Origin: Thalia democratica | Taxonomy: Eukaryota | Direction of reading: 5' to 3' | Length of the DNA: 64,000 nucleotides | Assembly (NCBI GenBank): GCA_965202585.1 | Contig: CBDBBG010000067.1 | Location: forward strand, 1-64,000 | In this document: positions 60,357 to 64,000 of the stretch, one piece after another | Position numbering within the stretch: the first letter of the stretch is position 1 | Layout of the letters: each line of letters begins with the position of its first letter | Position numbers and translations under genes: made by a program | Notes under the pieces: model-generated | Database searches by the model: none | What the model saw: only the letters and a program-made list of their open reading frames with translations | Told to the model about the DNA's origin: nothing

Positions 60357-61136
60357 AGATTTATTATAGATTATTATCTTTAAAAAATTAAAAAACTTAA
60401 AATTATTTAGTGAATTATATTGCTGTAATTGAATATCAAATTTTAATTAACAATTAATTTTAAACTCAGAAAGAAACATTTTATTGAGAATAGCTATCGC
60501 TATCTATTATATAAAGATAAGTGTGCATATATTTTACTTTCTAAATACTAGTTAAAATATGTTATTTAAGAACTTGATAACAGCAACTTCGTCGAATTTT
60601 CACAAGTCGAATGTTTAGTGTTGTCAACGCAAGCTATACAAAATTATGCAAATTTTTTCAACATAAAATTGTATGATTCTATGCACATGCCTGTGGACCA
60701 AATTTTTTCCAAATAAAAGAGGATTAACTGTATGAATACATTGAAACATCACTTTTAAATGACTTGAAGCAACAAATAGCTTGTTTTTCAACATGTTTAA
60801 GTGAAAGAATTGTGAAAAACAAGCAAAAACTAAGAAAATTAGTGAAAATTCATTTTTTTGCACTTTTAAGTGGAAAATGCACTATAAAATGCTTAATAAA
60901 ACAATTTTTGAACATTTAAATGAACTAAAAATACACAATTATTGCTCATGTTGGCCATGGCCTGCTTTCTAGCATGTTTTTGGGTTTGGTTGAAAAATTG
61001 AAAATATCACGCTGACGTGCTAGTTTGACCATTTTTTAAACTGGCCCATCCAACCAGGCTGATTCTTAATAAAACTCTTTTAAACTGTTATTGTGTAAAT
61101 TTTCAGTCAACCTTTCATTTTATAATTTCACAGTTT

Positions 61137-61829
61137 TTACAACTTCTTTGATTTTTCATTTTCTGTCCGCATATCATCAAATTTCGGCTCCGATTTCTCA
61201 GTTTCAGGCTGTTCACTGCGCGATTCACCGCTGTGCTCGTCTCTAACGTGCTCTCCGTCTTTCACGTAGAATGTTGAATACCCGAAATCAATCAGGTAGA
61301 TCGTGTTTTGATCGAATAATCCTGTCATGAGGTTCTCAGATTTGATGTCGTTGTGAACGATGCCACAGCTGTGGACGTGATTCAGTATTTTCAACACTTG
61401 CAAGGCTACCTTCACCGTGGTCTTCAACGAAAACTTGTCCTTTCTCGTCTCTTCTCTTTTATCAAACAGGTCCTTTCCGAGTTTTTCAAAAACGAAACTC
61501 TGCCTTTCCTCATGAACAAAGCTCGGACCGATCTTTGGAATGCCGCGAACGTTTTCCTGTTGGAGAATTTTCAGGAACTCGTACTCCCGCAAAATGTATT
61601 TGTCTTTGCTTTCAGCTGATGAAGTCTTGACCACGACAGGTTTGTTTTTAAAAGTGGCGTTGTACACACAGCCGCACCCTCCTTCTTCTAACAACTCTTT
61701 CACTACTAAATCTTCTCTGTCAAACAAAATTGGTTTTTCCGATTCTTTTTCTGAATCTTCTTTCGACGTTTTGCTGGTTTCTTCGTCGGAGTTTCGTGGT
61801 GCTAAGTGTTTTTCATCGTTTTGAAACAT
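61137..61829 (-). CDS. Truncated CK1-like kinase, type B (230 aa)
   Basis: Protein identical to 37569-38261. Confidence 0.82.
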   Translation of the reverse strand: MFQNDEKHLAPRNSDEETSKTSKEDSEKESEKPILFDREDLVVKELLEEGGCGCVYNATFKNKPVVVKTSSAESKDKYILREYEFLKILQQENVRGIPKIGPSFVHEERQSFVFEKLGKDLFDKREETRKDKFSLKTTVKVALQVLKILNHVHSCGIVHNDIKSENLMTGLFDQNTIYLIDFGYSTFYVKDGEHVRDEHSGESRSEQPETEKSEPKFDDMRTENEKSKKL

Positions 61830-62609
61830 AGATTTATTATAGATTATTATCTTTAAAAAATTAAAAAACTTAAAATTATTTAGTGAATTATATTGCTGTA
61901 ATTGAATATCAAATTTTAATTAACAATTAATTTTAAACTCAGAAAGAAACATTTTATTGAGAATAGCTATCGCTATCTATTATATAAAGATAAGTGTGCA
62001 TATATTTTACTTTCTAAATACTAGTTAAAATATGTTATTTAAGAACTTGATAACAGCAACTTCGTCGAATTTTCACAAGTCGAATGTTTAGTGTTGTCAA
62101 CGCAAGCTATACAAAATTATGCAAATTTTTTCAACATAAAATTGTATGATTCTATGCACATGCCTGTGGACCAAATTTTTTCCAAATAAAAGAGGATTAA
62201 CTGTATGAATACATTGAAACATCACTTTTAAATGACTTGAAGCAACAAATAGCTTGTTTTTCAACATGTTTAAGTGAAAGAATTGTGAAAAACAAGCAAA
62301 AACTAAGAAAATTAGTGAAAATTCATTTTTTTGCACTTTTAAGTGGAAAATGCACTATAAAATGCTTAATAAAACAATTTTTGAACATTTAAATGAACTA
62401 AAAATACACAATTATTGCTCATGTTGGCCATGGCCTGCTTTCTAGCATGTTTTTGGGTTTGGTTGAAAAATTGAAAATATCACGCTGACGTGCTAGTTTG
62501 ACCATTTTTTAAACTGGCCCATCCAACCAGGCTGATTCTTAATAAAACTCTTTTAAACTGTTATTGTGTAAATTTTCAGTCAACCTTTCATTTTATAATT
62601 TCACAGTTT

Positions 62610-63302
62610 TTACAACTTCTTTGATTTTTCATTTTCTGTCCGCATATCATCAAATTTCGGCTCCGATTTCTCAGTTTCAGGCTGTTCACTGCGCGATTCA
62701 CCGCTGTGCTCGTCTCTAACGTGCTCTCCGTCTTTCACGTAGAATGTTGAATACCCGAAATCAATCAGGTAGATCGTGTTTTGATCGAATAATCCTGTCA
62801 TGAGGTTCTCAGATTTGATGTCGTTGTGAACGATGCCACAGCTGTGGACGTGATTCAGTATTTTCAACACTTGCAAGGCTACCTTCACCGTGGTCTCCAA
62901 CGAAAACTTGTCCTTTCTCGTCTCTTCTCTTTTATCAAACAGGTCCTTTCCGAGTTTTTCAAAAACGAAACTCTGCCTTTCCTCATGAACAAAGCTCGGA
63001 CCGATCTTTGGAATGCCGCGAACGTTTTCCTGTTGGAGAATTTTCAGGAACTCGTACTCCCGCAAAATGTATTTGTCTTTGCTTTCAGCTGATGAAGTCT
63101 TGACCACGACAGGTTTGTTTTTAAAAGTGGCGTTGTACACACAGCCGCACCCTCCTTCTTCTAACAACTCTTTCACTACTAAATCTTCTCTGTCAAACAA
63201 AATTGGTTTTTCCGATTCTTTTTCTGAATCTTCTTTCGACGTTTTGCTGGTTTCTTCGTCGGAGTTTCGTGGTGCTAAGTGTTTTTCATCGTTTTGAAAC
63301 AT
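62610..63302 (-). CDS. Truncated CK1-like kinase, type B (230 aa), K136E variant
   Basis: Same as 37569-38261 except the SNP at 62897 (FSLKT to FSLET). Confidence 0.82.
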   Translation of the reverse strand: MFQNDEKHLAPRNSDEETSKTSKEDSEKESEKPILFDREDLVVKELLEEGGCGCVYNATFKNKPVVVKTSSAESKDKYILREYEFLKILQQENVRGIPKIGPSFVHEERQSFVFEKLGKDLFDKREETRKDKFSLETTVKVALQVLKILNHVHSCGIVHNDIKSENLMTGLFDQNTIYLIDFGYSTFYVKDGEHVRDEHSGESRSEQPETEKSEPKFDDMRTENEKSKKL

Positions 63303-64000
63303 AGATTTATTATAGATTATTATCTTTAAAAAATTAAAAAACTTAAAATTATTTAGTGAATTATATTGCTGTAATTGAATATCAAATTTTAATTAACAAT
63401 TAATTTTAAACTCAGAAAGAAACATTTTATTGAGAATAGCTATCGCTATCTATTATATAAAGATAAGTGTGCATATATTTTACTTTCTAAATACTAGTTA
63501 AAATATGTTATTTAAGAACTTGATAACAGCAACTTCGTCGAATTTTCACAAGTCGAATGTTTAGTGTTGTCAACGCAAGCTATACAAAATTATGCAAATT
63601 TTTTCAACATAAAATTGTATGATTCTATGCACATGCCTGTGGACCAAATTTTTTCCAAATAAAAGAGGATTAACTGTATGAATACATTGAAACATCACTT
63701 TTAAATGACTTGAAGCAACAAATAGCTTGTTTTTCAACATGTTTAAGTGAAAGAATTGTGAAAAACAAGCAAAAACTAAGAAAATTAGTGAAAATTCATT
63801 TTTTTGCACTTTTAAGTGGAAAATGCACTATAAAATGCTTAATAAAACAATTTTTGAACATTTAAATGAACTAAAAATACACAATTATTGCTCATGTTGG
63901 CCATGGCCTGCTTTCTAGCATGTTTTTGGGTTTGGTTGAAAAATTGAAAATATCACGCTGACGTGCTAGTTTGACCATTTTTTAAACTGGCCCATCCAAC

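Larger units (their letters stand above)
1..64000 (-). repeat. Tandem gene array of about 44 head-to-tail units (1458-1473 bp), each with a truncated CK1-like kinase ORF; continues past both window edges
   Basis: Near-identical kinase ORF recurs at fixed spacing through the window; the window begins inside an ORF and ends inside a spacer. Confidence 0.97.
37164..64000 (-). repeat. Sub-array B, unit 1473 bp
   Basis: ORF spacing exactly 1473 in all 17 intervals; first B-diagnostic bases at 37164-37165 (tgtATg). Confidence 0.95.

Noticed and set aside
1-64000. CRISPR array, rRNA, tRNA or snRNA repeat, or transposon ORFs
   Set aside because: There are no short repeats with unique spacers, no RNA-gene motif I could recognise, and no transposase, RT or integrase motifs, TIRs or LTRs.

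Overview
The whole 64 kb window is one head-to-tail tandem gene array of about 44 units that runs off both edges. Each unit holds one minus-strand, ATG-initiated, intron-free ORF for a truncated CK1-group (casein kinase 1/TTBK-like) protein kinase plus an AT-rich spacer of about 780 bp. The ORF keeps the Gly-loop, the beta-3 Lys, the alpha-C Glu, HNDIKSEN and DFG, but stops before subdomains VIII-XI. There are two homogeneous blocks. Type A (unit 1458/1459 bp, one 1460; 199 aa; 25 complete ORFs plus one partial) spans 1 to about 37,000. Type B (unit exactly 1473 bp; 230 aa; 18 ORFs) spans about 37,160 to 64,000. A and B differ by scattered substitutions and by a non-homologous 60-nt versus 75-nt swap just after DFG. 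One A unit (17233-17832) carries a third haplotype (C) confined to about 450 bp of its coding region. The DNA looks eukaryotic and uses the standard code. I cannot assign a taxon, cannot show expression, and cannot exclude assembly inflation of copy number. All counts are manual alignments of representative copies; I did not check every copy base by base.
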